From assembly GCA_951406725.2 (NCBI GenBank), contig OX597833.1:67642001-67706000 (forward strand): DNA of 64,000 bases, written 5' to 3'. Below the pieces are notes generated by a model. It saw only the letters and a list, made by a program, of their open reading frames with translations. It was not told the DNA's origin and did no database searches. The position numbers and the translations under genes were made by a program. Source of the DNA: Octopus vulgaris (taxonomy: Eukaryota). Positions 14,151 through 29,405 of the stretch are shown here, in pieces. Positions within the stretch are counted from its first letter, which is position 1. Every line of letters starts with the position of its first letter.

Positions 14151-14555
14151 GGCGCAGGAGTGGCTGTGTGGTAAGTTGCTTGCTAACCAACCACATGCTT
14201 CCGGGTTCAGTCCCCCTCAGTGGCATCTTGGCCAAGTGTCTTCTGCTATAGCCCCGGGCCGACCAATGCCTTGTGAGTTGATTTGGTAGACGGAAACTGA
14301 AAGAAGCCTGTCGTATATATGTATATATGTATATATATGTGTGTATATGTTTGTGTGTCTGTGTTTGTCCCCCTAGCATTGCTTGACAACCGATGCTGGT
14401 GTGTTTATGTCCCCGTAACTTAGCGGTTCGGCAAAAGAGACCGTTAGAATAAGTACTGGGCTTACAAAGAATAAGTCCCGGGGTCGATTTGCTCGACTAA
14501 AGGCGGTGCTCCAGCATGGCCGCAGTCAAATGACTGAAACAAGTAAAAGAGTAAA
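14151..14555 (+). mobile_element. Full-length tRNA-derived SINE, family A
   Basis: ggcgcaggagtggctgtgtggtaag head, B-box-like ggttcagtccc, CORE-like cttggccaagt, internal TA/TG microsatellite, tail ggcggtgctccagcatggccgcagtcaaatgactgaaacaagtaaaag; many copies in the window. Confidence 0.9.
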
Positions 14556-14748
14556 TATATATGTATATATATCATCATTCATATATGTATGTGTATATAT
14601 GCTTACATCGTCTATTTGTATTAATATTATTTACGTATTTTTTATCACTTTGTTTACGTGTGTGTGTTTTTGTGGTTGTGCGGTTGTATATGCATTTGTT
14701 TGTGTATACATATCTTTGGATAAGTATCTGAGTATGTATGTGAATGTA

Positions 14749-14779
<31 letters not shown>

Positions 14780-14908
14780 TTCTATTCACACGCATATATA
14801 TATTCTTATCTTTATATTGTCATCTTTTTTTTCTTTCCTATCCTCGCATCTGTTATTCCTCTGTTCTCTACCAAACAGTTCCTCTCCTTTCACATCAACG
14901 TATATTAC

Positions 14909-15090
<182 letters not shown>

Positions 15091-15109
15091 AATATATATA
15101 TATAAATAA

Positions 15110-15146
<37 letters not shown>

Positions 15147-15800
15147 ATATATGAAATATTGCACATTTTTCTTTTATTTCCTCCTTAAATACACACACAA
15201 ACACACACACACACACACATACACACGTACACACACGCGTTGACACACATGCGTTGACACACATGCACACATTCACAACTCACATGCGTGTGTATTTATC
15301 TAAATTATTTCCCTTCTGTTGACCTTTCTTCATCGTTCTCGTTGCTGCTGTTGTGGGGTTTTTTTCTTCTCTCTCTTACACTTCTCGTTTTGCCATACTT
15401 TACTCTATACACCATCGATGCTTTTCCTCATATCAACTCTTTTATGTTATATCTCGTCTCTCTTTATTCCTGCTGATCTTTATCTCTGCTCCTATGTTTT
15501 CAATTCGGTACCAGTTCTTCTTCTTCTTCTTCTTATATTTTTTCTGTCCTTCTTTCCTCTGTTTATTCTACTTACATAGATTTTTTTCCCCTAGTTTTCT
15601 TCTGTGTTTCTTTTACTATGCTTCTGTTCTTAATACAATAACAATAATAACAACAAGTATTACTGCCATTTCTACATCTATTAAATCTTAAAAAAATTCA
15701 CCCAAAACAAAACAAAACAGAAATCATTGCTGATTTATTTTATTAGGCACAAGGGTCCAGCACATTGAGGGAAACATCAAATGACGAACTACAAAACACT

Positions 15801-15852
<52 letters not shown>

Positions 15853-16104
15853 TATTTCTTTACTACCCACAAGTGGCTAAACACAGAGGGGATAAAGAAG
15901 GACAGACAAACGAATTATGTCGATTATATCGACCCCAGTGCGTAACTATCGTACACTAAATTTACGGAGGGTGCTAAGAGGCAGCAGCATTGCTAGAAAT
16001 ACGAGTCAAAATCATTCTTAGCCACATGGGAGCACTTTTATGTGATTAATTGTTCTTTTCCCTCTTATTTCTACCAACAATCTTTAGTGACAACTGTACT
16101 TGTT

Positions 16105-16154
<50 letters not shown>

Positions 16155-16401
16155 GCGTGTATGTGTGTGTATGTATATATATATGCAAATACATTCATCT
16201 ATGCAAATATTGCAATGGAAGACAAAAATTATAGATAATGGCTGCATCAAATATCCATGTTTAGCGTTGTGACAACATTGGAGAGACCGATTTACATATT
16301 AAACACCTTACTGGCCTTTTTTTTACGACCAGCGACGCTATTTCTCTTTGCAACCATAACATACTTACAAATATATCACAGGTTTACTATTCAACATGTG
16401 T

Positions 16402-16492
<91 letters not shown>

Positions 16493-16577
16493 ATATATAT
16501 ATATATATGTATATATATACATATACATATAATATATACATATATATAGCCATATATATATATACATATATATATAC

Positions 16578-16685
<108 letters not shown>

Positions 16686-17527
16686 GTATATATATATATA
16701 CATATACATATAATATATACATATATATAGCCATATATATATACATATATATATATACATATATATATACATATATATATATATATACATATATATATAT
16801 GTATATACAAAGAGAGACAGAAAGAGAGAGAGAGAGGGGAGAGTGAGATTCATTTAGTGTTCATTTTATGCAAAAATTTCCTCCAAAGAGGTCGATGACA
16901 GTCACTTTTCTCAAAAAACTGTCTTAAATGTTTAACACGTTTTAAAAAAATCTTTCTTTTCCTTGTTTGGATTTTATCTGCATTTTTAGCATCTTTAGTT
17001 GTTAACTTAAAGCTATATAGAAGCTAGAAGCTTATCAAATTTCTTCACAACTTCGATATGGAAAAAAATAACTCACGAAGCCAATAGATTGTCATTTTAT
17101 CTCGTCGTATACCGACCAGTTTTAGTTCTTTATATCAACTACTTATTGGTCAAAACTTACAATCTTCCTACACTCCGATCACCACATCCTACACACACAT
17201 ATGTATGCATGCGAGTTAGTGTGTATGTGTGTGTGTATGTATGTATACATACAGTCCAAAGGTTTCGGCAAAGTCGACTCCAGCGTAGAGACCAATTTCG
17301 TACAATGATGAAAGCACACTGGCAAAGCACTACTCCTCCAAATTAACTCCTTCCCGCCAATGTGGTTTTGTAGCAAGGAGCTAAGCAGGCCTTGCTGATC
17401 CCCCAAGAAAACACATAGTATATTGTCCACAAGCAATCGAGGAAACTGAATCTTCACTTGTTCCAGTTGTCCAAAATGTTTATAATATTCCAGCAGGTTT
17501 CAAGCAACACATGCGTCTCTAGAGGAC

Positions 17528-17662
<135 letters not shown>

Positions 17663-17663
17663 A

Positions 17664-17752
<89 letters not shown>

Positions 17753-17834
17753 TATGTATATATATACATGTGTAAATACGTCTATCTATCTAACTACCTA
17801 TATGTGTGTGTGTGTGTGTGTATTTGTGTGTGTA

Positions 17835-18685
17835 CAGAATCGCACAGAAGAGGGGTTTTAATTTTTAATAACTCCCTTATTTTTACAAATACTTTTATGA
17901 AATTTTAATTCAATATGGAAGAGGAAAATGGAGATTAATATGCATTCGACCTTTTTCGTCATATCTTTGCATTACGTATGAAAAATGACATCTTTTAAAT
18001 GGCGTCCATTTTCAGCTTCACACTTTAAGGGACGCAATTCTCTTTGAAGCATTTCCCTCGGATTCTCAGAGCTCCAAAACCGGCAATTTTCTCTGTCGAT
18101 GAACCCGTTCAAATGAAAGTAAGCTTCTTCAGACATGATCAATTTGTGTGTAAAATTTGGGTCATTTCGTGCCAATTCCTAGATTCTGACAGCGTTTTCG
18201 AGTTGGGTTCATAAGTCCTGGCACTTCAAGTGTTGAACCAAATGTATCTCATATGGAAAAAGTTTCACGCTGCTGAAAACTCTTTTCAGCGAAGTTCGTG
18301 AAATCCTAAGCTGCCTGGACTGCGTTCGATTAAACGTACCGGATTCTGTTCAGTGCTTTCTCGCAATCGTTCCCTTGTTTCATCGGTTCTGAGAGTGTGA
18401 GGTCTCCCAGTTTGTGGGAGATCAGTTACTGCTACTTGTTTTTCGAAACGATGCACGAAGTTCCTAATTGTGTTATAACTTATGACATCTCACTTGAGTT
18501 TGAATAATTGTTCCCTGAATTTTATAGAACAATTTCGGCACTTGGGTGCGTTGTGCGGTGCCATATTTTCCATAATTAATTCCCAGGACGTAGTCCATAA
18601 AATCCTTGAATAGAAAAGAAATATGTCAAAAAAATAAAAGAATTACCCAAAATTGCAATCCCTCAGTGACGTTTGAGCCACTCTG
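17835..18685 (-). mobile_element. Internally deleted Tc1/mariner-superfamily (DD37D/DD41D-like) transposon
   Basis: Minus strand: NTIRNFVHRFEKQVAVTDLPQTGRP...KLFPYEIHLVQHL...KLIMSEEAYFHLNGFIDRENCRFWSSENP...LRPLKC joined directly to the C-terminal EAENGRHLKDVIF. TA-flanked imperfect ends cagaatcgcacaga / cagagtggctcaaa. Confidence 0.85.
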
Positions 18686-18694
18686 TATGCATGT

Positions 18695-18857
<163 letters not shown>

Positions 18858-18876
18858 AATATATATATATATGTAC

Positions 18877-18971
<95 letters not shown>

Positions 18972-19037
18972 TATACATACGTACATACATACATACATAC
19001 ATACATAAACAGTATATATATATATATGTATATATAT

Positions 19038-19102
<65 letters not shown>

Positions 19103-19160
19103 AATATATATATATATGTACATATATATATACATATATATATATATAAATATATATATA

Positions 19161-19231
<71 letters not shown>

Positions 19232-20832
19232 AGTATACATACGTACATACTTACATACATACATACATACATACATAAACAGTATATATATATATATAAT
19301 AAGCACAAGGCTTAAAATATAAGTGCTGTGGTTGATTTGTCCTAGTCAACCCTTCAATGTCGTGCCCCATGTATGACCGCAGTCCAATGATTAAAACAAG
19401 TAAAAAAGAAACAGTCTGTATACATTCACTGCTTCACCATCATTCAATTCATACTTTAATGCTACTAGTGTATTTCGTATGCAATTCCTTCTGTTTTTTT
19501 TTTCTTTCAAATATCCAAGTAGAATATTTTAATATTATTCCAAGATACGTGATTCTCTTAAGGAAACGCTCATGTTTTTCCTAAGTGTCACCATACACCA
19601 ATCAAAATACAGTTTTGCATTTCGTTTCATCCGGGCGGTTTCAAAATTTTTTTCCTTTTTCTTTCTTTGCGTCAAATGATTTTTCGATGCTCGTCACATT
19701 TTCTCGCTTTCCAAGGTTCAACATAGTTTAATACGAATTGTTGAAATTTATATGAACAGTGCCGCAGCTTCCTTCTCTCTGCTATCATTTAGTTCTTTCT
19801 TTCTTTAAATTCCTTCTTTCTTTTCTTTTCTTTTCTTTTCTTTTCTTTCTTTCTTTCTTTCTTTCTTTCTGGCTTTGTGAGAGTGAGAAAAAAACCCATA
19901 ACATATTCACAGATTATGTTCCTGTGTAAAAGAAACTGTACATGTAAAATATTCAGCAACGTTACACAGAGATTTTAAAAAAAGTGTACAGCTGAAAAAC
20001 AAACTTTAACATGCAAAATAAAAACAAACAATGCATTTATTAACAGTAAGAAAACCAAAAAAAAAAAAAAGATAATAAAATACAATGAACCATAAAGAAA
20101 GTAATTGAAGATATTCTCCAACATGTATTTAAATATATTATACAGGAAAGAATTTGTTCAACTGTCAACAGATAAAGAAAGTCTATGCAGTACAGCTTCT
20201 CTATTACAATGGATCCAGCTATTTGCTTCAACACTTTTCCCAAAACGAAAGGAATTAATACAACTACAACGCATTCAAACTCGATACATACATACACACA
20301 TACACACATACATACATACATATAAATATATTTGTGTCTTTCCAAACACTCTCCGGAAATGAAAACAAATAAATGACGTCGACAAAAAGGATACCATTGA
20401 TAATAAAAATGAAGAGGTTATTGGCCATTGCTCGCCGATATCTTTCTGGTGTATTCTAGTAAAAAGGTTTCTTTCTTAATGTTTTTTGGGGGTTCATGTA
20501 CTTTATATTTACCATTATGACATGTCCAACAATAAACGTAACTACAGACATTGAAGATAACTTATCAGCGATGGGAATTCGTTCCTTAATGGAAGACCGT
20601 TTCATTTTATTCTCACTGCTTATGGTCTATGTAATGACATCTTTTGTACTTTACTTGTTTTAGTTATCATTTAGTCGAAAGAATCGAGTCTAGTGCTTAC
20701 TTTTTTCTTATTCTATCGGTTTTTTATACAAATTGCATTTGCATAAGTGCTGTGTTTACTAGGACGTAAGCGCAACACCTTCTGTTATATATGTGTGTAT
20801 ACATATACATATACATATATATATATACATAC

Positions 20833-20993
20833 ATACGAAGGACTTCTTTCAGTTTCCGTTTAAAAATCCCACTCACAAGGCTTTGGTCGGCCAGAGGCTA
20901 TAGTAGAGTACACTTACCCAAAGTGCCACGCAGTGGGACTGAACCCGGAACCATGTGGTTGTGGAGTAAACTTCATACCATAAAGCCGCGCCT
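20833..20993 (-). mobile_element. SINE family A, 5' half
   Basis: Matches the head and CORE-like region of 14151-14315. Confidence 0.85.
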
Positions 20994-21324
20994 ACACATG
21001 GCTACACATTATACATCTCCGTCAATTATATATACATACACATATATATACACACACACACAGTATCTTGCTCTAGACCACAAAACACAGCTCGGTCGGC
21101 AAATCGAACTCACTACATCGTGCTTGTTAGCCCGACGCTCAAACCAATGTGCCATGCGCTATCATACACACACACAAACACACATCGTATCACATCAAAC
21201 ACAGAAAGATTGTGCGTGACACAAAATATACTCACTAAGCATCAGCAGTTGTCATAAGGCATATGGCTATTAATTCTATTCGCTAAAACGTTTCTGGCTT
21301 TAGAACGCTGCATAGAACACCTTA

Positions 21325-21538
21325 CTCTTACTCTTACTCTTTAACTTGTTTCAGTCATTTGATTGCGGCCATGCTGGAACACCGCCTTTAGTCGAGCAAA
21401 TCAACCCCAAGATTTATTCTTTGTAAGCCTAATACTTATTCTATCGGACGAACCGCTAAGTTACGGGGACGTAAACACACCAACATCGGCTGTCAAGCGA
21501 TGTTGGGGAGACAAACACAGACACACAAACATATACAT

Positions 21539-21575
<37 letters not shown>

Positions 21576-21742
21576 ATACATATATACGCCAGGCTTCTTT
21601 CAGTTTCCGTCAACCAAATCCACTCAAAAGTCTCTGGTCGGCCCGTGGCTGTAGTAGAAGACACATGCTCAAAGTGCCGCGCAGTAGGACTGAACCCGGG
21701 ACCATGTGGTTGGTAAGCAAGCTACTTATCACACAGCCACTC
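21325..21742 (-). mobile_element. SINE family A, near full-length
   Basis: Reverse complement of the 14151-14555 pattern with a small internal deletion. Confidence 0.9.
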
Positions 21743-22083
21743 TAATGGTTTGAATCCAAATCTTGCTAGACTCAGATTTCCATAATCCAATGAAGCGAGA
21801 AGAATTGTTTGTATGTTTGTGACTAATCACTTCGATCCTAGTTCAACTTGACTCGAGTCATTATGTTGATAGAGTGGTTAGAGATTTCAATATAACTTTT
21901 CCGAATTTCTGTGTTCTCAGTTTAAATATTGCTGCGATTAACATTGTATTTTGATCCTCTCTCGGTTGAAAACAGATATTAAACGATTTGTTCATCCCGA
22001 GGCTATAGTAGAAGACATTTGCCCAAAGTGCCACCCAGTGGGACTGAACCAAGAGCCATGTGGATGGTAAGCCACTCCTGCGC

Positions 22084-22114
<31 letters not shown>

Positions 22115-22119
<5 letters not shown>

Positions 22120-22314
22120 ACCGGTTTGCGAATTTTTTTCCTCTTCTGTCTTCCCTTCCCTGGATCTTTCCTTCACCTATGTTTCCGACGAAGAGCTTCG
22201 CTCGAAACGTTGAACCCTCCTTCTTCCCTTCTTTCCTGAGCGTCCAATAATACTTTATTTGTTCCACGTCCTCGCGTTGTTGTGTTTTTTTGTGTTTTCT
22301 TGTTTGGATTAACT
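22115..22314 (+). mobile_element. Short hammerhead-bearing element, family H1 (copy 3)
   Basis: Core gttt-CCGACGA-agagcttcgctc-GAAA-cg-TT-gaac at 22181-22215; flanked by TG/TA microsatellite. Confidence 0.8.
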
Positions 22315-22370
22315 TTATATATATAGATATATCTGTATATATAGTTACCGTTATGCATGAATATGTGTGT

Positions 22371-22446
<76 letters not shown>

Positions 22447-22482
22447 GTATATATCTGTATATATAGTTACCGTTATGTATGA

Positions 22483-22530
<48 letters not shown>

Positions 22531-23342
22531 AAATATATATACGTGAGTATATATATATATATGCACATATATATGTATATATATATGTGTGTATGTATAC
22601 ACACACACACACACACACATATTCATATATTACAGTAAATTGTACAGAGAAGAAACACGATATCACTGTTTGTGCTTAGAGGGAAGACAATGTACAATTT
22701 TCTAATTGTTTATAGTTATTAACTGGCAAAGTTCAAATGTCGAAAATCGGTCGTATTGGGAATCTATGACTCCTAGCTAAAGGAATTTGGCAAACAAAAA
22801 CGTGATATAACAACACGAAATAATATCACTGCACAACGAAAACCAATTGTTGTTCGTACACATGACTAGTGTACTTGCTCAAAGCCGAAACATTTGTTCT
22901 TGTTGCTATTGTAGTTGTTGTTTTTGTTGTTGTTAGTTTTGTTCATTTTACATTACTGACATTACTAGAGGCTTTAGTGCAATCTCGTTGGAGGAAGGAG
23001 CTTCCAACTAAATCGTTTTATATTAACTGTTTGTCTATCAAAAGCATTTTTTATTTGTTTGTCCTTAACGTCCATGCTTATCTTCAGCCATTAAGTTAGG
23101 TTTCTTTAACAAAAAGCTATTTTCACAAGTTCAAAGTTACTCTGCTGTTTGAAAAACATTTGAATATATGTATCATACATGATGTATGGACACCAAGGAA
23201 ATACGTGTTGTGTAAAATATATGATAAAGATGATAAGCCGAGGATAAAATCTCTTGTTCTGAGTCCAGGATTAAAACCTACGACTGTGATATGATACCCT
23301 TTTTATATGTAACTTTTGTGAGTATCTTTACGTTATATATTA

Positions 23343-24138
23343 TTTACTACCCACAAGGGGCTAAACACAGAAGGGACAAACAAGGACAGACAAACGGATT
23401 AAGTAGATTATATCGACCCCAGTGCGTGACTTGTACTTATTTAATCGACACCGAAAGCATGAAAGGCAAAGTCGACCTCGGCGGAATTTGAACTCAGAAG
23501 GTAGCGACAGACGAAATACCAATTTCGTTACTACCCACAAGGGGCTAAACACAGAGGGGACGAACAAGGACAGAGAAACGGATTAAGTCTATTATATTGA
23601 CCCCAGTGCGTAACTGGTGCTTAATTAATCGACCCCGAAAGTATGAAAGGCAAAGTCGACCTCGGCGGAATTTGGTCTCAGAACGTAGCGGCAGAAGAAA
23701 TAGCTATTTCTTTACTGCCCACAAGGGGCTAAACACAGAGGACAAACGGATTTAGTCGATTACATCGACCCCAGTTCCTGACTAGTAACTATTTAATCGA
23801 CCACGAAAGTATGAAAGGCAAAGTCGACCTCGGTGGAATTTGAACTCAGAACATAATGGCAGACGATATACCGCAAAACATTTCGCCCGGCGTGCTAACG
23901 TTTCTTATTTCTTTATTGCCCACAAGGGGCTAAACACAGAGGGGACAAACAAGGACAAACAAACGGATTAAGTTGATTAGATCGACCCCAGTGCGTAACT
24001 GGTACTTAATTTATCGACCCCGAAAGGATGAAAGGCAAAGTCGACCTCGGCGGAATTTGAACTCAGAACATAACGGCAGACGGCATACCGCAAAACATTT
24101 CGCCCGGCGTGCTAACGTTTCTGCCATCTCCCCACCTC
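23343..24138 (-). mobile_element. Tandem array of four SINE family B units
   Basis: cccacaaggggctaaacacaga...aaagtcgacctcggcggaattt occurs four times; full head at the right end. Confidence 0.92.
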
Positions 24139-24524
24139 AATTCAGGAATGGAATGCCATTATATCTCTTTCGTTCAGTCTTGAGGACATAACCAGCGTAA
24201 ACGAAATGAAGACATAAAAACAGCACTGGATTTACTTGGAATCAAAAACCATATCGTGAACTCGAGAGTCAGGGAACTTGTATCTTATCTCCATAAATAT
24301 TATGAACGTTAGTTTTATTTTTTTACTATGGCTTTCTTTCTTTTACGAGATCTGTCGCCCATTATTTCAACAGCGACATCAACATTCAATGAAAATTTCA
24401 GCAGTCAGAGTAACATTATAATCTAATGCGTCCAGCTTTTTTTGTTTGTTTTTTTTTTCTCAAAGACATTAAAGGTGCGTTTGGTTTTCTTGTTTTTTTT
24501 TAACCTTATGACAGCACCATTGTT

Positions 24525-25110
24525 GGCAACCACCGCCACCAATACCACCACCACCATCACCATCAACATCACCACCTCTGGTATCCTCACCAACACCACC
24601 ACCGCATCTGGTATCCTCACCACCACCACCACCACCACCACTATCGCCACCGCCACCACCACTACCACCACCACCACCACCACCACCACCACCACCACCA
24701 CCACCACCACTACCACCATCACCACCACCACCACCACCACCACTATCGCCACCGCCACCACCACCTCCACCACCACCACCAAAGCCATCACGAGTTCAAA
24801 CACCACCGTCTACTACTACTAGTACTACTACCATAACCACCACCACCACCACTATCGTACCACAGCCACAACCAACACCACGATAAAACCCATCACGAAT
24901 TCATGCACCACCATCTCTACTACTACTACTACTACTACAAACACTACTGCTACTACCATAACTACCAACACCACCACCACCACCACCACCACTAGTGTCA
25001 TCACCGTCGTCACCATATTCATCAGAATCAACACCGCCAACACCACATCACTATCACCACCACCACCGCCACCACCTCCACCATCACCACCATCACCACA
25101 ACAACAACAA
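24525..25110. repeat. (CAC/TAC)n compound microsatellite
   Basis: Direct reading; poly-Thr/poly-Val ORFs. Confidence 0.93.
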
Positions 25111-25244
25111 AAGCAACAATCTCAGCAATTAGCTGGAGATGATTTTTAACACGAGGATATCTGAAATGAACTCGACTGCTCTCACAAACGAGAATACTAA
25201 AAATGAACTCGACCGCTCTCAAAAATTAAGTCAAAACAAAACGG

Positions 25245-25433
25245 AAAAAATAATCCAGAATCCTTCTCCGGTACCGGACCGATCCCAAAACGTAATCAAT
25301 TCCTGCCAGTTGTGAGGCCAAACAACCCTGAAGTTTCATTGGAAACCATCCAGTGGTTCTCGAGATATCTTGTCCACGGACAAACAAACACGACTGAAAA
25401 CAATACCTCTGCCTTCGCTAAGGCGGCGGTAAC
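25245..25433 (+). mobile_element. Helentron/Helitron2-type non-autonomous element (HINE-like), 3' part
   Basis: Ends ...gagatatcttgtccacggacaaacaaacacgactgaaaacaat + terminal hairpin acctctgcctt-cgct-aaggcggcggt; inverted homolog at 48612-48810. Confidence 0.65.
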
Positions 25434-25464
25434 AACATATTTATACTTAAAATTTATAAAATTT

Positions 25465-25513
<49 letters not shown>

Positions 25514-25566
25514 GTTTAAATATTTGTTGTGCAAGGTTTTTTATGTGAATTCGTGTGTTGAAACAG

Positions 25567-25841
25567 ATATTGTTATATTTCGGAATGGTCATTTTGCCAG
25601 TTTAGCCAATAAAAACACACGCACTTTATATTTGGTGTTATTTTGCTTCATTGTTATTTATTTTTTACATTAATCTTAATCTTATTTCGGCCAGAGTTCT
25701 TTCGTCACACTACTGTGACCGCATCAGTGGTCCTTTGTTTTCTTCTTTCTTATTTATGTCTCTCCTTACTAACCGTGTATATAGTGCGTGTGTTTTTATT
25801 GGCTAAACTGGCAATATGACCATTCCGAAATATAACAATAT
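25567..25841. repeat. 64-bp inverted repeat pair enclosing a hammerhead-like motif
   Basis: Arms 25567-25630 and 25778-25841 differ at 2 positions; the spacer has, on minus, ggacca-CTGATGC-g-gtcac-agtagt-gtgac-GAAA-gaac-TC-tggcc. Confidence 0.85.
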
Positions 25842-26851
25842 ATATATATATAATCATCCACTAACCTATCTATTAGAGAGTAGGGTAATTTTTTTTAATG
25901 AGTTCTTTTGTTAAAGTGTGGTATCCACAATCTGCTTGTAAGCCCCACCTTACGGGGAAATTTTCTAGGGTGAATTTTCCTGCGGGAAAAATGTTTATGG
26001 AGAAATTCCCTCAAACCGAGTAACTTACCGCTGCATCGGCACTAATAGAGGGCGGACTGAAAGACAGACGTTTGAGTAGGCAAAATGGAACCTGGAGCCT
26101 CTCTGGAAAAGTATTTCGTCTGTCTTTAAGTTCTGAGTTCAAATTCCGCCGAGGTCGACTTTGCCTTACATTTGTTACTCAAGGGGAAGCATTTCATTCA
26201 CTTTTAAGGTTCATAACTTGTGTTCTGCTGATGTAGTTGTCCTCCGTCGTCGAATGCCGGACCCTATATCTGATTAGAATGTAAAACGGATTTGTACATC
26301 TTTCGGTCTTCTGTAACACGACATCAGAGCTGGTCAGGGGTCACACACCGACGTAGGTGACATCCCACACAACGGCAGAAGCTGTCAGATTTGTGCCTGA
26401 ATTTTAAGTGAGCTAACATTCCAGAACCTTCATTAAAAATTAAAATTTCATTGACGTCCAACTATAGAACGTGAATTACAAAGGTGATGACAATAAATGT
26501 ATCTCCAGCAATAAACATCAGGTGCCTGGAGGAGGGGGGTCCTGCCAAATAGCGGAGACGAAGCGATCGTAGTGGTTCAGAAGTTGCGAAAAGAAAACAG
26601 ATCGGGTATAGACGTGGATCTAATAATCAAAGTATACCAGAAAACGCTTGGTATACTTTGCGTTTCGTACTTGACAGCTCATATGATTTCAGACAATAAA
26701 TATACATATAAAATCTTATAAACATATTGAGTTCACTATGTGAAATATATACTTATATTTATATTTACGTCACAGCTCTTGTTTCAGGACTCACACGTGT
26801 ACACAAACTTACCACACACGTGCTCTTGTATTATGAACATGTGTCTGTGTG

Positions 26852-26999
<148 letters not shown>

Positions 27000-27079
27000 T
27001 ATATATATATATATGCATATATATATTTACTTATATATATATATAAAATCAATTCAAAAAATAGAGAAAAAGAAAAAAG

Positions 27080-27136
<57 letters not shown>

Positions 27137-27927
27137 CAGAGAGAGAGAGAGATGTATATAAATATATTCACACACACACATATATATACATACAAATATA
27201 TATATATATTAATTCAAACAACAGACAAAAAGGAAAAAGAAAAAGAAATGTATACATATATGTATATGCACGCACACGTATATATATATATATATATATA
27301 TATATGAATAGATATAAGTACATATATGTGTATATTTATATAAGTACATATACGCATGCATACATATATCTATATTTCCATCTATGTCTGTATGCATGGT
27401 GTGTGTATTGTGTGTGTTTGTGTATGGTGTGTGTGTGTGTGTTTGTGTCTGGTTTCGTGTATTCATGAGATATGTGTGGTGTGCGTGAGTGTGTATGAAC
27501 GACTGTTAATATGGCATTTTCACCTGCCAAACTGTAAAATCAGATTGTGTAACAAGATGACATTTGTTCGTACACAACGGAATTCGACGTTAACATTTAG
27601 TGAATAATAGTCGACGCCTGGAATGATATGCGCAGTGTTACCTTAATTTATAAACATAGTTTGAAATAGCAAAAAAGAAACAAAAAACTGAAGCAACCAA
27701 ATAAACAATAACAAAAACAACAAAAATTCACAGATAGAATTCTACGTTGTCTATATCAAGCGATCTTGCAAACTTTCATGTAAAGATAATATTTTTATTT
27801 GAAAATATAATAAATCACAGCTTCATAATTATATTGTCGCAGTTATTTTTTTTTTATTCAGAGAATACTTATACATAAAAAATCAAAAACAAACTGTGTT
27901 TCAGTCTTATATACTGTATACATACAT

Positions 27928-28229
27928 ATCACGTGACCGACCACGCTATCAGATGTTGCTACACATCGCTGGTCACAATGCGATTCGCGTTGTTTTAGCC
28001 TTCAAACGACGCCACCCCGCGGGGTAAGCGAGCAGGCCAACAGAAGAAAGAGTCCGAAAAACCTGTGGCGAAAGAGTACAGCAGGGGTCGCCACCATCCC
28101 CCGCCGGAGCGTCGTGGAGTTGTAGGTGTTTTCGCTCAATAAACACTCACAAAGCCCGGTCTGGGAATCGAAACCGCGATCCTAATGACGGCGAGTTCGC
28201 TGCCCTAACCACTGGGCCATTCCGCCTCC
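27928..28229 (-). mobile_element. tRNA-derived SINE, family C
   Basis: Inverted homolog of 40375-40682; A-box tggcccagtgg, B-box tttcgattccc, ends in ggtcacgtgat. Confidence 0.88.
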
Positions 28230-28378
28230 ACCTATACATACCAAATGGTATGCGACACATTGCGCAAGTCACCTCTAATGTCACTCTAGACCGACTGAAG
28301 GATTTTCAGTTGCATCGGTAAACGAAATCTCAGCAAATCCTTGTCGTATACACACACACACACACACACACATGCGCG

Positions 28379-28457
<79 letters not shown>

Positions 28458-29033
28458 TATATGTAGAAAAATACAAACTGGGACAAGAACGTAAAACATT
28501 TAGAAGACGATACAAAAAACACGGATGCGATATTCAAAGCCTTCAATCTTCAGTCAAGAACCGGATCATCCTAGAAGTTTCGGCTGATTAATCTTGAGAT
28601 TGCTCCGATCCGGCCAGCCCCAAGGAAAAACTAAGCTACGAGCATAAGATTTCTTAGCAAAAAAATATATATATATATTATCCTAAATGTACAGTATTAT
28701 ATATCCACCACGTAATATACCAATTCTGATGACAGATGTATGAATGCATCTTTTCCCTGACTTGTGGACTCTTAGACTACACACACGCGCGCGCGCGCGC
28801 ACACACATACATATATATATGCGTATGTATATATATATGTGTGTAGGACACACGGAAATACCTAAACGAGAAAACTTACAAATGTCTAACAACGTATTAT
28901 AATCACGGTCGCCGAATACAGGCAGTTAACTAGCGTCTGGAACTGAACTAAGAGTAAACACGATATTCGTCTGGATAATATATCTCTGCAAAATCACTTT
29001 ATAAATGAATACATACATACATACATACATACA

Positions 29034-29099
<66 letters not shown>

Positions 29100-29105
29100 T
29101 ACATA

Positions 29106-29405
29106 CTAGCAGTATCGCCCGGCGTCGCTCGGGTTTGTAAGGGAAATAACTATATAAGCATTTTTAGAGAGTTACTTCCCTTATATATGCCAAAAATGCA
29201 TTAAAAAATGGGAAAAATTGATGGTAATTTTTTTTTTAAATCGTAGACTCATCGTAGACGCGCGCTAATACCCTGAAGGGCTCGATATGAATCACGACTA
29301 TAAGATACCCAGTTTTGGTTAAACTGCACCGCAAAATGTGGGAGTAGTTAGGAATCTAAATCGTATGAGACAGACAGCACACAACCTCTCTTTTATATAT
29401 AAAGA
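29106..29405 (-). mobile_element. Complete 300-bp non-autonomous Helitron
   Basis: Minus strand: A|TCtttatatataaaagag ... subterminal hairpin cccgagcgacgccggg ... actgCTAG|T. 5'-TC, 3'-CTAG, A/T insertion site, no TSD. Confidence 0.88.

Noticed and set aside
17250-17520. Non-repetitive segment with 85-92 aa ORFs (similarly 29410-29720 and 50946-51250)
   Set aside because: No recognisable domain or splice structure; possibly old TE debris, unsupported without a search.
26628-26660. 12-bp hairpin caaagtatacca/tggtatactttg upstream of AATAAA
   Set aside because: Single occurrence with no family or gene context; cannot be assigned.
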